Origin: Bacillales bacterium UBA4855 | GTDB taxonomy: Bacteria; Bacillota_I; Bacilli_A; RFN20; CAG-826 | Assembly: GCA_002399785.1 (NCBI GenBank) | Contig: DHEH01000015.1 | Span: 21,128 to 85,127, forward strand | Length of the DNA: 64,000 nucleotides | Direction of reading: 5' to 3' | Shown here: in pieces, positions 62,889-64,000 of the stretch | How the letters are laid out: the number at the start of each line of letters is the position of its first letter | Position numbering within the stretch: the first letter of the stretch is position 1 | Program-made: the position numbers and the translations under genes | Notes under the pieces: generated by a model | The model's input: only the letters and a program-made list of their open reading frames with translations | Databases searched by the model: none | Told to the model about the DNA's origin: nothing

Positions 62889-64000
62889 ATGAAATTTGAA
62901 GAATTCCCATTAAGAATCCCAAACGTTAAAAGCATTGAAGGGAAAATTAAAGTTTTAGTCGATGAATTAAATAATGCTACTGATGAAAAAGTTGCACTAA
63001 AAGTAGTTAAAAAGTTTTTTAAACTAACTGATGTTATCGAAACAAATACGACAGTAATATCTATTAGAAATTCTATTGATACTACCGATAAAAAGTACGA
63101 AAAAGCAATGGCAAAAGTCGATGAAGTTGGACCTGTTTTAAGTTCATACTCACAAGCTTTTGATAAGGCTTTACTCTCTTCAAAATATAGAAATTATTTA
63201 GAGGAAAAGATTGGTAAACATTATTTTGATATGGCTGAATCCTCATTAAAGTGTTTTGATGAAAAGATTATCCCAGAATGTATCGAAGAAAATAAACTTG
63301 TCACACAATATGAAAAACTCATGGCTAGTGCAAAAATTGAATATAAGGGTGAAACTTTAAACCTTTCTCAAATGGGTAAATATTTAAGTGATAAAGATAG
63401 AGATACTCGTATTGAAGCCGCAAAACTTTCTTTTGGTTTTATTGAAGAACACGATAAAGAATTTGGTGAAATATACGATAAACTTGTCAAAGTAAGAACA
63501 AAAATGGCTCAAAAGATGGGCTATAAAAACTATGTTGATTTTGGATATTTAAGATTAGGTAGACTTGATTACAATGCTGAGATGGTTAAGGGATATAGAG
63601 AGCAAATTAAAGAAGATGTTGTCCCTGAAGTGAGTAAATTAAGAAAAAGACAATCAAAACGAATCGGCATTAAAAATCCAATTTTTATAGATTATAATCT
63701 TGAATTTAATACAGGAAATGCAAAACCAATTGGTGATAGTTCTTTTCTTGTAAAACAAGCTCAAAAAATGTACCACGATATGAGTGAAGAAAGTGGTAAA
63801 TTCTTTAATTTCATGATCGATAATAATTTAATGGATTTAGATGCTAAAGCTGGTAAAAGAGGCGGTGGTTACATGACTTATATGCCAAAATATAAAGCTC
63901 CATTTATTTTTGCAAATAGCAATGGCACAAGCCAAGACGTCGATACGTTAACTCATGAAGTTGGACATGCTTTCCAAGGATATTTAGGAAGCAAGATTAT
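62889..64000 (+). CDS. pepF: M3B-family oligoendopeptidase (PepF-like), 5' part; the gene runs off the 3' edge and is not in the ORF track
   Basis: The ATG at 62889 follows AAAGGAGAAA and the frame is open to nt 64000. My translation MKFEEFPLRIPNVK...GKRGGGYMTYMP...LTHEVGHAF contains the HExxH zinc site at 63951-63965. Confidence 0.8.
   Translation, partial: MKFEEFPLRIPNVKSIEGKIKVLVDELNNATDEKVALKVVKKFFKLTDVIETNTTVISIRNSIDTTDKKYEKAMAKVDEVGPVLSSYSQAFDKALLSSKYRNYLEEKIGKHYFDMAESSLKCFDEKIIPECIEENKLVTQYEKLMASAKIEYKGETLNLSQMGKYLSDKDRDTRIEAAKLSFGFIEEHDKEFGEIYDKLVKVRTKMAQKMGYKNYVDFGYLRLGRLDYNAEMVKGYREQIKEDVVPEVSKLRKRQSKRIGIKNPIFIDYNLEFNTGNAKPIGDSSFLVKQAQKMYHDMSEESGKFFNFMIDNNLMDLDAKAGKRGGGYMTYMPKYKAPFIFANSNGTSQDVDTLTHEVGHAFQGYLGSKI

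Noticed and set aside
1-64000. Search for CRISPR arrays, IS elements or transposases, integrases, prophage genes, toxin-antitoxin pairs and known defence systems
   Set aside because: I found no direct-repeat/spacer arrays, no DDE, serine or tyrosine recombinase motifs, and no phage structural genes. Nearly every ORF over 100 aa is accounted for by housekeeping, transport or lipoprotein functions.

Overview
This is an AT-rich, densely packed chromosomal core region from a low-GC Bacillota/Mollicutes-like bacterium. GC content was judged by eye and not computed. The standard genetic code is in use: mnmG and the small ORF upstream of cmk both end in TGA, and conserved proteins read through with TGG for Trp. 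That fits an Acholeplasma-like or related lineage rather than a code-4 mycoplasma, but this placement is inference only.

Gene order in several blocks matches Bacillus subtilis:
- sufCDSUB
- mnmG-rsmG-parA-parB
- cmk-der-gpsA
- dnaD-nth / recU / gpsB-rnpB
- pgsA-cinA-recA-rny-ymdB-miaB
- ispF-gltX
- rpoE...fba

The remaining content is:
- an oppBCDF operon with very large insertions
- a heterodimeric ABC exporter pair
- a flippase-like membrane protein plus a GT4 glycolipid synthase
- two tandem large lipoproteins
- an FMN riboswitch controlling ribU
- RNase P RNA
- a five-gene tRNA operon (Val-Tyr-Gln-Lys-Leu)
- two tandem MacB-type fused ABC proteins
- pgi, an S1-domain gene, ispD and a HAD gene
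- a partial M3 oligoendopeptidase at the 3' edge

I found no transposase, integrase, prophage, CRISPR array or recognisable defence system, and no compelling self-contained novel system. The most unusual items, roughly in order:
1. A YlbF/YmcA(RicA)-like domain fused to the C-terminus of MiaB, inside an rny-ymdB-miaB-miaA-tcdA run.
2. Giant insertions in OppC, OppD and OppF.
3. The tandem NBD-FtsX (MacB-type) pair, whose RBS and TTG start sit inside the upstream terminator.
4. A ParB whose CTP-binding GERRxRA motif is degenerate.
5. A half-size CCA-adding-like nucleotidyltransferase.
6. A 59-aa ferredoxin gene that is missing from the ORF track.

All functional calls come from motif recognition by eye. 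No database search was run.
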